Under the pieces are notes generated by a model. The model was not told where the DNA came from, did no database searches, and worked only from the letters and a program-made list of their open reading frames with translations. From Basidiobolus meristosporus CBS 931.73 (lineage: Eukaryota > Fungi > Basidiobolomycota): a stretch of DNA of 64,000 nt. Made by a program: the position numbers and the translations under genes. Below, piece after piece: positions 1 through 11,464 of this stretch. The DNA is taken from positions 1-64,000 of the forward strand of contig MCFE01000043.1 of assembly GCA_002104905.1 (NCBI GenBank), written 5' to 3'. How positions within the stretch are numbered: position 1 is the stretch's first letter; every line of letters begins with the position of its first letter.

Positions 1-488
1 TTATTAATTCACAATGCTTCAGCTAAATATCCTTAACAGCAACATCTCCAAGAGTCCACCGGCTACTAGCTTATTTTTGATACAAAGTAAGGAGTCAGTC
101 GATGTTAAGTGACATCAACGCGTACAAAGAAAAGACAAATCGCATACACTCACAATGAGGTAAAAATACAAAGCAAACAATCAAATAAAGGAGTTAGAAC
201 CCTGACATCTTCTCATACTACCCCGTCGAATCTACTGCTGTTGGTTATGATTACATAGTAATGAATTTAACCTGCGAATAGTGCTACTTTGTACCGGATA
301 AACTGGACTGTTTTCAGTTTTGGAACGTGATCTAACTCATTTATGTTGGAGCCAATTTTGGAAATGTGGCCAACGAATTCCTGGGTTCTTCCCAAACGTG
401 ATCAATATTAACGGCAAGCCCACATATCTTAGCACCTATTGTGGTAGTTGAAGATTCTTTAAAACTAGTCATCATAACCTTACTTTAG

Positions 489-677
489 TGGCTCAAGGGC
501 TTCCTTGCTAAAAAAGGTACTTTGCCATTCTATATCAACGGCCGAGCCTCTTTAACCAGCTTTACAACCAATGGCTCATTGATACCAATCAAAGGATTAT
601 TGCAATTATGGGTGCAAACAAGAACCATTCTCAAAAAAGCAAAGCATCCAGCCGAAGTCAAGCCCAATATCGGCTAG
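489..677 (+). pseudogene. Fragment of a bacterial-type solute-binding-protein paralog (degenerate copy of 5123-6256)
   Basis: Translates as WLKGFLAKKGTLPFYINGRASLTSFTTNGSLIPIKGLLQLWVQTRTILKKAKHPAEVK. Collinear at nucleotide level with about 5805-6010, with internal deletions. No start codon or N-terminal part. Confidence 0.6.
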
Positions 678-1082
678 TTGTTCAACAGCAAATGTATCGA
701 AGTCTATCTGGAAAAATATGAACACTTGCTCAAGTGGAAAAATATAATCTATATGTAATAAAAGTGAGCCTTCAGCTTGGATCAATGCAAATAATAATCC
801 GATTACTCATAATTGGGTGACTTTTCTTTACGATATTGTAGTCATTCAGTTGCATGTACCTGAAATACAAAAATATGACAAATCAAGCGTATTTCGCCTG
901 AAAGACTAAACCTCCAGGTGGATTACCAAAGGTGGATTACCAATTTAATATAAAGTCGCCAGTGCCTGCATGTTGTATGACTTAAAACTTAGTGATTGAT
1001 AATCGTGGGAACTAAGAAGATACACATATACGAATATAAAGCCCAAAGAGGAGTGACCATTCAAGAAACACTTAACGACAAA

Positions 1083-1814
1083 ATGCTTTTCAGAAATATC
1101 CTCTTAGCCAGCGCCATGGTGATCTCCATGATTGCATCCTCTTTTGCCGCTCCTCTTGACCGCGACCAGCCCAGTATTACGGCAACTCCCGAGTATGTGG
1201 AGCTATATAAAAACGTAAAGGCATGTAGTGAAGAATTTCCATCTTCACTCAAGGCCATTCCCACTGGTAAGGAAGTGAGGTTTGCGGAATGTGTGGAGAT
1301 GATCCAGGAGCTTACTCAAAGCCTGGGAGCACCGAGTAATAGTGTGGCAAAGCGTGCTCTTGACGCAACAAATGGGGTTGACGTATTTTTTGATGCACTG
1401 GATCGCTTTGAGCAGACAGCAAAAAGCTGGGAGAACTCAAACCTCGTCTGTGGGATTACTAAGCAAAAAGGCGGCAAGGATATTTGCGGCTGTAACAAAG
1501 GTTACTGCTGGAGAAGAGTAAGTTGCCATGAAATTTCCTGTACAGAAACAGTAGCTTACAAGGTATTCAGTGCCATGGAGGAGTAGGGATTATCTCGTTT
1601 GGCATTGGATATGCAGCACCCCCGCAAAGTGCACCAGAGTGGTGTTACATCAACAATATTCAAAGGTAGCATATAGGTATTATTTAGTAAGTTTGCATTC
1701 TTACTAACGCCAAAGTCTTTTTGCAGTGGCTCCGAATATCAGACATGCACCAAGGACTCGGACTGCGTTTTTGACAACACTAATTGCGCCAAGAACTACT
1801 GTGCCCTCTTTTAA
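1083..1814 (+). CDS. Small secreted cysteine-rich preproprotein (3 exons: 1083-1517, 1571-1665, 1727-1814)
   Basis: TATAAA at about 1035. Signal peptide MLFRNILLASAMVISMIASSFA and a dibasic AKR site. Introns GTAAGT..CAG (1518-1570) and GTAGCA..TACTAAC..CAG (1666-1726) join in frame, giving a C-terminal 10-Cys domain ending CAKNYCALF*. Paralog at 6551 has the same exon structure. Confidence 0.8.
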
Positions 1815-2027
1815 GCGTCTACTTTCTCATTTTTCATTGTCTACTGCTAGCTTTATACTATAAAGCACTTGGTTGAAATTAAATGCTGATTACTATTTCG
1901 TGTCTCACATAAGGCTTGGGGTCATTTTTTAAGAAGTAGCTTAGATCAATCTAGCTCGCATAAAGCTAGTTGTGTGGGATCGAGGTGATATAAATCGGGA
2001 GAGTCCGCATGACTTCACCAGCCAGTC

Positions 2028-2603
2028 ATGCAGCCTTCCTTCCTCTTGCTAGTTTCCGCCATCGCTTCACTGCAAGCAATCTCCACTACCCCACTCGGTG
2101 GCTCCCAGGTAGCCTTCACCAATGAGCCATGCGTCGAACAACTGGGTGCTTGTTATCAGGACACTTAGGCCCCCAGCCAAGAATCCCAGCCATCAATTGA
2201 GGAGGTGGATGATTCGGAGATGAGTGGGCCAATGCAAATGAGCCAGATTTCGGGTGAGCAGCCAGGACTCTCTGGGTTGCAAGGGTTCGACATTTCAAAT
2301 TTACAACCATCCCAAGCCTTACTGGACAACATCAATGGCCATTCTTCCAGTAAAGCCAATGCCTTATCCAACTCAAGCATTTTCGACCAAGCGCAAGTCA
2401 TTGATCAAACCCTCTACCAACCTAGGCAGCAACAGCCACAAATTATCATCACTCAGTCAGCAGCACGTGCACTCAGAGGGGGGTACAAGAAGTATAAGAG
2501 ATCTGCTCGTCGCCACTTCAAAGATACTAGAATTAGCACTAGCATACTCCAGAAAATAAAGACAAAAGCCATACAATACACATATAAGGTTTGGTCATGG
2601 TGA
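2028..2603 (+). pseudogene. Secreted low-complexity (Q/S-rich) protein interrupted by one in-frame TAG
   Basis: TATAAA at about 1989. ATG 2028 gives the signal peptide MQPSFLLLVSAIASLQAIST. TAG at 2166-2168, after which the same frame continues into ORF 2205-2603. Confidence 0.45.
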
Positions 2604-2727
2604 GTTCCACGAAATAATGGAAGAACATTGAAAAAATAAGAAACTATGGGTATGCATGAAGGGAATGCAAAATACTGATGGTACTCAAAAAGCATAATAA
2701 TTTTGTGAGTAATGACCTGATTAATCA

Positions 2728-3318
2728 ATGAAATACATAATAGCAATTTTCCCAGCTAACCCATATTGTATGCTATACAACAGCCCACAAATACGTTATT
2801 CGCTCCACCTGCGCTTTAATACTGTAGCAGTGAGTGTAGGCCTTACCGCGAATCAAGTTGCCGTTGCTGCCCCGATCGGCGGTTCTTCTCAATGTACTCG
2901 CGAGTATAGAAGGGTTCATTATCGCAGTTTAACATGTGTACAGTATGCGAACGATTACTACCAAAAGGTTCGAGTTTTTCCTGTCTTTAAGGCGCCCAAT
3001 GTCCAATCCGCGTTATTGCGTCAGGTTCTCACCACCGTGACCAGAAAGCACGATAGCCTGAACATTGCTAATGCCAACAGCAATCAGGGCTTCAGTATCA
3101 AGTATCAAGCAGGGCCCAGTCTTGAACTGGAGGGTCGGGGTAACGCATTAGAATATGCTAAGCAAAAGGGAGCGGAACACTCGGACGATAGTTCTTCACA
3201 TCCCTACGTTCTGATGCAGCCCACCCAAGATGTACTGTACACAACCCCAGTAATAGAGACACAATGCGTGAAAGAACAAAATATTCAATACACTCATTGT
3301 GCTGACAATTGCGCCTGA
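2728..3318 (+). CDS. Hypothetical, possibly secreted protein; start uncertain
   Basis: 196-codon open frame with a hydrophobic segment ending VAVAAP and four Cys after it. No family recognised. Confidence 0.3.
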   Translation: MKYIIAIFPANPYCMLYNSPQIRYSLHLRFNTVAVSVGLTANQVAVAAPIGGSSQCTREYRRVHYRSLTCVQYANDYYQKVRVFPVFKAPNVQSALLRQVLTTVTRKHDSLNIANANSNQGFSIKYQAGPSLELEGRGNALEYAKQKGAEHSDDSSSHPYVLMQPTQDVLYTTPVIETQCVKEQNIQYTHCADNCA

Positions 3319-4405
3319 TAGTTAAATCAACCTAAACTGAGAGTATTGAGTAGGCAAAACAAATAAGCCCTCTTTGCACGACTACCCTACTCTCACAGTA
3401 CCATAGACTATCAATCCACGTTAGACACAGTGTACCAGTCCGAAAAGAATCGATATTTGGCAATAGCTCACAACGACAGACACCGGAGTAACAGGAGCAC
3501 TCTACATTTGGTTGGTGGCAAGGGTGAAATAGTGCATGCAACATTGCCGGATAGAGAAGCGCAATCAGCGTTGTGTATCAACCACCGCGTTTAGAGAACT
3601 GGTGGGCTCCTACTTTGGGATGTCAGTGCTCTTTTGAGCGCCATTTTCAATGTTTGTGTACTCATTCCATCGAACTGTAAATAATTGTATCGATATTGGG
3701 GGTTAAATTGCCGTTTAAGTCAACATACCATTGTACTATTCGTGAGACGCAAAACGACTCATACTACGATTTCTCAAGCAAGGGCTTGAAGCGTGCACAC
3801 AGGAATGGCACTGTTCTTACGTAGTTGGTTATTTCATAGTCAATTAGTCTAGTCCGGAGTAGTATATATAATACTGTTATTTTTGTCTCTTTTAATATTA
3901 TGGGATTTAGCCACGAAGCAAGGGAAATTTTTGATCGATTTTTTTCCTATAAATAGAGAGCATATGTGGTTTGGTATCGTTACGACTGTACTTTACAGGA
4001 TTATGTATAGAGTACATTCCCAATCTTTGTTTCCCAACAAAGACACTAAAGGACGGTTTGCTGATTCTGACAGCTTGTTGTTATCCAACTATCATTCAAA
4101 AACCATATCAAAATACCAATCTATATTGCTACAGATTCACATTGAAAAGAAAAATACTCAAAATTTTGATTGCAAAATGACATATTTGTTTGATTACGAT
4201 TACAGTTTTCTGATATTTAAAATCAATATTCATAACTGCATGTTTAAGTGGGCACACAACTTTGCATAAAGGTCGAAAACTCTACCCAACTGCCAGCATG
4301 TTCGAAATGAAAGATATAATGAAGGGCCTAAGAGCTATGGTATTAAGGTTATTTATTGCAATACTTCAATATTTATTATCATCGCTTTAAGCTACCTCTA
4401 CTTAG

Positions 4406-4467
4406 CCCACGCCTCCGAAGAGACTGCGACCTGAACGCAGCGCCTTAGACCGCTCGGCCACCTCACC
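4406..4467 (-). tRNA. tRNA-Leu(CAG), 3'-truncated (pseudo-tRNA)
   Basis: Minus strand reads GGTGAGGTGGCCGAGCGGTCTAAGGCGCTGCGTTCAGGTCGCAGTCTCTTCGGAGGCGTGGG, i.e. 5' acceptor strand, D-arm, CAG anticodon arm and long variable arm. The sequence then diverges: no TTCGAA T-loop and no 3' acceptor strand. Confidence 0.8.
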
Positions 4468-5122
4468 AATTTTTAAATGAATTAAATCATAATTTTTGCA
4501 TTCAGGTCATAGCATGGATACGGTAAGGTATGCTATCTGAAGTCAATAGCATATGTGTAACCTTGAGATCAATGGATTCCATTCGTAATATGCTATATTT
4601 CCATGTCATATTCGTTACTACCCGTGGTAAACAGAGCTTGAATGGGTACCTTACCTTGGTGCCTGACTATAGACCCTTCACATAATAGATAAAAGCCAAA
4701 AAACTGCTATTGACACTCATTATGCGGTATTGAACACTTGTGGTAAGTTTGTAACTTGCTGAAGTTGCTGACGAAAGGACTGTGAGTGGTGAATGGTAAC
4801 GAATGCGCACTAAAGGTCTTTGAAGGCCTTGGATTTGTGCAATCATTAGTCATGATATGCACATAAGCTATTGGACATGGCTTAGTAATGAGGTAAACCA
4901 CAGATAATTGATACTCGATGCCGGATAAACCAGACAATTTAAACTTTTGGAATGTGATCTGACTGAATTATGTTGATTCCAAGTTTAGAAATATGGAGCA
5001 CCGAATTCCTGGGTTCTTCCTAAACGTGATTGAAATTCTTCCCGAGATTATATTTGTCTACAATCACTTCAATCGTCAACTTTTTACCTTTTAGATTCTA
5101 TAAATAAACACCCTACTTATTA

Positions 5123-6256
5123 ATGAAGCTTCCACTATCTATCGTTTTATTTATCGTAGGGACGTCACTGTTCCTTTCTCAGACATTTGCAAGGCCACGG
5201 TATCTGAAGAGAGAGAGGAAGCTGAGCTTCAAAGACTCTATAAGGAGGCACTTGCCGAAGGAGGAAATATTACCGTATTTGCTGGAGGAGATTTACCTAA
5301 TACTGGCTCCGATATTGTCATGGCATTTGAAAGCAAGTTCGCTGGAACCACGTTCAATATCACCACTGACCTTAGCAAGCATCACAACCAGCTGGTTGAT
5401 ACGCAATTAGCTCTGGGTGGAGATGCCTTGAAGCCGGATGTTACCCATCTTCAAACTTTGCACGACTTTCCACGCTGGAAATCCCAAGGAGTATTGCTAA
5501 ATTAAGCGGCCTATTTCTCATAAACTGATGATGAAGAATTGTAACCTTATCGTAGGTATAAGCCAATTGGCTTTAAGCACGCCTATGCTCCGTACAAAGA
5601 CAAGGATGGCCACTACTGGGCTACAAATATATTCTACTTTAAAAACCTAATCAGCAACACCATTCATGGTAAACAACGGCCAATTGAAGCCAAGGACTGC
5701 ATAAACCCAAAGCTCAAAGGGGGAAAAATCATCTATACCTATCCCCATGATGATGACGCGGTTCTTTATCAACTCATGCAGCTGATTAAGCAAAATGGTC
5801 TCAAGTGGTTCAAGGCGTTCCTTGCGCAAAAGCCCCTTCTAGTACGTGGAACGGGAACTCCAGCATTCTATATCGATAATGGAACCTCCTTGGCCAGCTT
5901 TACAACTCATTGACTCCAATTAAAGGAGCCAAAATCACCACTATCGTTCCTGAGAATACTTTTTTCCAATCTTGGGCACAAGCACGAGCCGTCTTCAAAA
6001 AAGCAAAGCAGGCGCCAAGCTCTATGTCAGCTGGCCTACCTCGTATGACGTCCAGAAGAACCTCATGTCGGACACTTGGTCTTCAAGAACGGATGTTCCG
6101 TCACCAGCAGGACTGAAGCCAATCTGGAAAATCAAGAACCCTGATCCTCCGGGATTCTATGCTAGATCGGGCCCAAGTGGTGAAAGACATTGCACTATGG
6201 AGATGTATATTGGGCCTGTGGCTGGCAAATCTCCATTATATTTAATTTACGGCTGA
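5123..6256 (+). pseudogene. Bacterial-type ABC periplasmic solute-binding protein homolog (Fe3+/thiamine/polyamine SBP-like) with signal peptide; multiply disrupted
   Basis: Joined frames give LYKEALAEGGNITVFAGGD..DLSKHH..PDVTHLQTLHDFPRWKSQGVLL-KYKPIGF..YKDKDGHYW..TYPHDDDAVL..VRGT..KKAK..AKLYVSW..WSSRTDV..MYIGPV. I recognise this from memory as the fungal/oomycete 'ABC-type Fe3+ transport' SBP family. There are frameshifts near 5200, 5910 and 6010, and an intron at 5502-5555 whose donor reads TT. Confidence 0.7.
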
Positions 6257-6550
6257 AATTTAGCTAAATGCTAAAATATTTCTATATGGAATTAAAGTAA
6301 ATCTCGAATACGTATCAATGCAATTATCTGAATGATTCCCTACCACAGGTCAGTCTCTTAGTATGTAGCTATGTCAAATATATAGTCAGATAAATACCTC
6401 TACTCGCATTCACCTTTCACTATGCAACTTGATTCTGATGTGACTTTTCTTTGTAGTATAGTAAACAGTCTGGTACATGCTCTAGACTACGTATATGCGA
6501 AGATAAAAGACGGCAACGGAGAGTCTATTCAATAGAAACCCAACTACGAA

Positions 6551-7216
6551 ATGCACTTCAGAAATATTCTCTTGACCGGTGCTGCCATGATCTCCATATT
6601 TGCACCCTCATACGCTGCTCCTCTCTATCGCAACCAACCCGATATTACTGCAACTCCCGAGTACGTAGAACTATACAAAAACGTAAAGGCCTGTAGTGAA
6701 GAATTTTCTGCCTCACTGAAGGCCATTCCTGCCGGGAAGGAAGCTAGGTTTGATGAGTGTGTGAAGATGATCCAAGAATTCACTCATACTCAGCAATGTG
6801 GAGAAGCGTGACCTTGATGCATCCAATGGGGCCGACGTGTTTTTAATGCTCTTGACCGTTTTGAGCAGACTGTGAAATGCTGGGAGAAATCAAACCTCGT
6901 CTGTGGAGTGACGAAGCAAAAGGGCGGCAAGGATATTTGCGGCTGCAACAATGAATACTGCTGGAGAAGAGTATGTTTATGTATACATTTGTTATAAAGT
7001 CAGTAATTGATAAGCTTCTAAGTGCCATGGCGGCGTAGGAATGATTTCCTTTGGTATTGAATAGGCCGCACCAAAGTGGTGTTACATCAACAATACTCAA
7101 AGGTAATATCTAATTATCATGATGTCTATACTCCTACTAACACTCCAGCGTCTCCATAGTGGTGCGGACCATCAGGATTCAGACTGTATGCTAAAAACTA
7201 TTGTGCACTTTTCTGA
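6551..7216 (+). pseudogene. Pseudogenised paralog of the 1083-1814 Cys-rich secreted protein
   Basis: Near-identical N-terminus (ATPEYVELYKNVKACSEEF) and the same two intron positions. Carries a frameshifting deletion near 6785, an in-frame TAG in exon 2 and a deletion in exon 3. Confidence 0.85.
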
Positions 7217-8551
7217 GCGATATTGAGAATATGATTACGAAGGGCATCAAGGTTTACTTAAAGTTACTCAAAAATGAGGAATATTCATTGATGAGCAATC
7301 AAGTCAGTTCAGCAACATTCCTAAATAGAAAGAACTGAGAATAAGTGTTAAATGCGCAAGAGAAACAAAAGTCGATTTATTATTTACATTACAATCGTCA
7401 CCCCACTAAGCAAATTCCTATCCTGCAAGAAAGAGATTGTGTACTAGCTGTAAAAACAATGCTTCTTCTAGCATCAGACCTCCTCCACTACAAACAACTT
7501 AGCCATTGCTAAGCAGTGATATTCGCAAGCTGGTTGACTTCAGGAGAATTTAGCTAGCAAAGATATCAATTGATGAGCGTTATCATTAGGTTTCATCATG
7601 TCTAAATATATTGGCATAGTAAGTATAGAATGTGCATAACTCTGTACAGTACTTTACTCATGATGAAGCTCCTGGGTGCTTGTTGTACCCCTATTTGTTG
7701 CATAAAAAGCTCTATGTTACTCAAATTTCTACATTTTAGTCATACCATTCCAGATCAAGGTATTTTTTTGTCCTTGGTGGGGACTCACTAGAGATGGTCA
7801 TGTAGGAGTCTGAGTTATACTGCATTGTATAGCAACGCTACATTTGAATATTGCTCACTACTGGAAAGGTATCCTTTCAATGCATCATTAGTTATACTAT
7901 GGAAATATGTTTCTTGGTTATTCCCATTATTGCTTATCACAACAAGTTACATATAGCAGCATTATTGCTTTTAAACAGATGCAATTCAATTTGCACACTA
8001 GTACCACCATTATCTTATCCAGTTCCATCAGTCTTAACATCCTCAACACATCTTTCTTCTTTGGTGACACTTCCTATTTAACTTCAAAAATCATATAACT
8101 CCTCCATAAAGCCATGGACTAAGCTCTTCTCTGAAGTCTTCATGCTGGCACACCCTTATGGACTTGGCAGTAGCAATAGAGTTTGCTTCAAAACTTCAAA
8201 AAGCTGAGAAACCTAGACTATCTGTACAAGACCACCTGAGATCAATGTGGCAGACTTACTTACAAGTCCATATGCCTTTCCTACTGTACCTAATACCAGG
8301 TTGGGTGCCATACTTTGATTATACTGATCAGAGACACTGACAATCTGTACTCCCCCCATATCACTTGAATTTCAGATTTACGCCTGAGGAACTTTATTTT
8401 CTTGAGACCATAATTAAGCATGAATCAAAACAAAAATTAAATTATTTATGGGAGAGGTTCCCTACCTCTTGATTGACTTCTTCATGTGTACTTTGATTAG
8501 TTCTTAAAAGCAAATAAAGATCTCACCAATTTGAAGACTTTCCCTCCCCTA

Positions 8552-8901
8552 TGTTGCAATATTCTGAGGAGTATTGGAAGTGATGTGGAGAGCTAGAGGA
8601 TATACATGTTATTCACTTGTAGATTTATTGATCAAAAGTATGGTATTTATACTTTTGATAAAGTAGAGCAGACAAATGTGTATAGTTTGCTAAGGAAGGT
8701 CCCAAAAATATGTGTGCAAAGTTTGGGGGCTTTTGGGCAACTTTGAGAAAGATCATAATCTGGGTACCTGATAATTTGGTGAAAATATTCTAAGTAAATA
8801 CCAACAAGAAATTTGGTCAGGACAGAATGCTAATCAAAGAATAAGATCTATGTGACTAAGTTAGCATGAATATCTTGGTGACAACTTAATTACTTGGAAC
8901 A
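8552..8901 (-). mobile_element. Old, diverged LTR of the Copia family found at 59.8-64 kb
   Basis: Collinear with 62815-63165 (e.g. tattggaagtgat, ggtatttatactttt, aaggtcccaa, gtgcaaagtttgggg, ggcaactttgagaa, gtgaaaatattc, gtgactaagttag). Ends are approximate. Confidence 0.7.
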
Positions 8902-9827
8902 TTCTAACCCTGACAGTTTTTGTGACAATATTAACATTTTTGTGAAGGTTAATGCACAACAAAGAGCAATGATCACTATTATAAGTTTCTTGCCACCACT
9001 CCCACTTTACCTTTTAGCTTTTGCAATATCTCTGTCTCCCTTGTATGGGTAGAACAATTGTTAACTTCTGCATGAAGTTACTGTACTCATATGACTTTGT
9101 CATATTTAAGATTGCACTTATGTGCCAAGTTACCACTAAAGCACTACAGTGTTAGCCTTAAGGCCAAACTTCCACAATAAACTGAATGTAGTGACCAGTA
9201 TTTCTTTACAAATAGACATGAAATGGAATTCTGGGTCTTAGCCACTTCATTAAGCTTAGCCATAGGCACAAAGTACTTAACTAATAAATGGTTAATATGT
9301 TCAGTGTGAGGGTATGTAGCTCCACCCTTAGGACTGAATAAAGTATGCAATGCATCCTAGCAGGACTTGAAATAGTATAGACCAGTATTGGGAATGACCT
9401 CCCCTAGCCCCCTGCTTGTTCAATCTGTAGTGGACTACATCCTCAGAACCCCCTGCCCTTCTACCTGCTCTAGCATTTCTTATAGTATCTGCACCCTAAA
9501 TCAGCACTCTATGGCATTGTGTTTCACTCTATTGTATCATGATCTACTGGAATGATAGTTCTGGTTCATTGGCTATACTTCTGTAAAATTAGTGTACCCA
9601 AGATTATCAGATACTCATGCTTGTCCTATTAATCACCAGGCTTATTTGTTGCCCTTAAACTATTGTGTAAAGCACTCAACAATCTTGCCTGATATGGTGT
9701 TCTTAAACCCAAATATGACTGGGTAGAACTTGTGATTCACAATTGCACCTTGTACCTACTTTATAAGCTAACAATGTATGAGTTGCTCAGCATCAAGTGA
9801 GGTGCTTAAGCACTTACTTAAGCTTGA

Positions 9828-10174
9828 TTTTCTCAGGGACTTGGAGATACTAGAAGTGATTGGGAGAATAGGTTAATTACATGGCTTTTACTTAATTATT
9901 TATTGAATATAAATGTGGTATTGCTACTCTGATATGGTTTCAGCAGAGCAACTACATGAAATATCTTTAGGAAGGTCCCAAGAACACAGTTGCAAAATTT
10001 GAGGGGTTGTTGGAGGTCTTGCTGACTTTTACGCTCTGGGTATCTGACACTAAGGCAAAGTATTCTAGGTAAATCCCAACAGGGAATTTAACAGAAGTCT
10101 CTAATGTTTGTAGACTAAGCCAGATGCTGGGTGTCAAACTTCAATACAGGAATGGTAGGCATGTGGCCACAACA
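9828..10174 (-). mobile_element. Second old diverged LTR of the same family; CpG-depleted relic sequence lies between it and 8552-8901
   Basis: Shares ttggagatac/tagaagtgattgggagaa, aaggtcccaagaaca, ctgggtatctg and aaatcccaaca with 62815-63165, and ends in ACAACA at 10174. Confidence 0.6.
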
Positions 10175-11464
10175 GAACTAGAATAGTGACCCTACTCAAG
10201 CCCAAATCACGGTTTTGATAGCTGGATTTGCAAGCCTGAAACTCCATCTTGATATTGATACAGTTTACACTAGTGATGTGTATGAAATCGAATATGAACT
10301 AGAGTACCATCATTGTACCACTCCCAATGTTGTACATTATGGGTTTCAAACCTAGGAGTACAAATAAATGGTGTAATAAAGCTTACTTGTGGTACTCTCC
10401 GGATACTGCATTGTTTGCTCACAATACTCCTAGTAAATATTTAAGAGGGGACCCTCATTCATCCACTCACCATGCTTAAAGCAACTTGCGGGAACATACG
10501 GGAGTAAATTGGCACCAGTATCCCACGTTTAGCTGCCTTTGATCATATACGCACGGTAGTCTGCTCAGTTCTCATTGTGAAATGACAACGTTCTCTAAAC
10601 GTAGCAGCAACCTCGAATTGTACAACTGGCAGCCTCATCAAATAGAAATTGATCAGCAGCCTTCCCAACAAATAATCTATCGATTGGCAAGAAATGATAA
10701 TAATGAAAATAATACAACCGCTATTGATTCGGATCAATCAGTCATAGGTTTCACGTGGGGGCCAATAATGTCGGCTTGCCAATGTGCCAAGAGGTGGTTA
10801 ATTGATTAGCATCAATGGATACACAGCAGGAATCTCACTCACCCTCACCCTCACCCTCACCCTCGGCCCTCAACCAAACCTAAAGCAATACTGGCCACTT
10901 GACTGAATGAAGCACCCCTTCCTCTAGCTCGTCAGTAGGTGGTGGTACTGTCTGGCGGATCATACCGGCTGGGGCACCATGGTGAGCATTAGAGTCGAAC
11001 GGGAGTTTCCGCTGGATCTACCACAGCTCTCATATGAGGATGTCCGCAGTATTCATAGGTACCGCTTACACATTGTCAACTCTCATTCAAATGGCAAACC
11101 TAGCGACAATTGTTTCCCCATTCTGCGACCATAAACTGAGTTACGATCTTGTACGAATCCATATACGGTTTAAGGTTTGAACGAAATCTGCACGATTGGC
11201 CTAAACGAGGATCTAAACAATGGGCTACACATAATTGAATGAATGCTGCGGATTGGTTGATCTCCTCAGGTTCCGTATTTCCATATTTCCGTATTTCCAG
11301 GCATCAACCTCAACCGAGGTTACATGGCAGCCATATGTGTCCAGGCATTCCTGAACGAACCAATCCAAAATAGATTGTGTTTGCGGAGGCTGCTGATTTC
11401 CACTATAAATGGGTGGATTAAGGTTATCGTCCACCCGAATTTCGCTTTCCCATTTATTCATTCC

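Noticed and set aside
3332-3544. Minus-strand ORF with CSCYSGVCRC (defensin-like)
   Set aside because: No convincing signal peptide or full defensin Cys spacing.
3883-4269. 128-aa AT-rich ORF
   Set aside because: Non-ATG start, composition of random AT-rich DNA and no motif.
7380-7620. Minus-strand fragment (NQLANITA..WLSCL.WRRSDARR) that looks protein-like
   Set aside because: Contains stops and no family was recognised; at most a remnant gene tail.
10838-10872. (CCCTCA)n tract and nearby short ORFs (10582-11140)
   Set aside because: A simple microsatellite; the flanking frames are broken and show no recognisable motif.
11324-11464. N-terminal extensions in the ORF track for ABCB1, ABCB2 (18644), uricase 2 (31196), deacetylase (43968) and amidohydrolase A (50453)
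   Set aside because: They lie upstream of or across TATA boxes, or begin at TTG; downstream ATGs fit the homologous N-termini.
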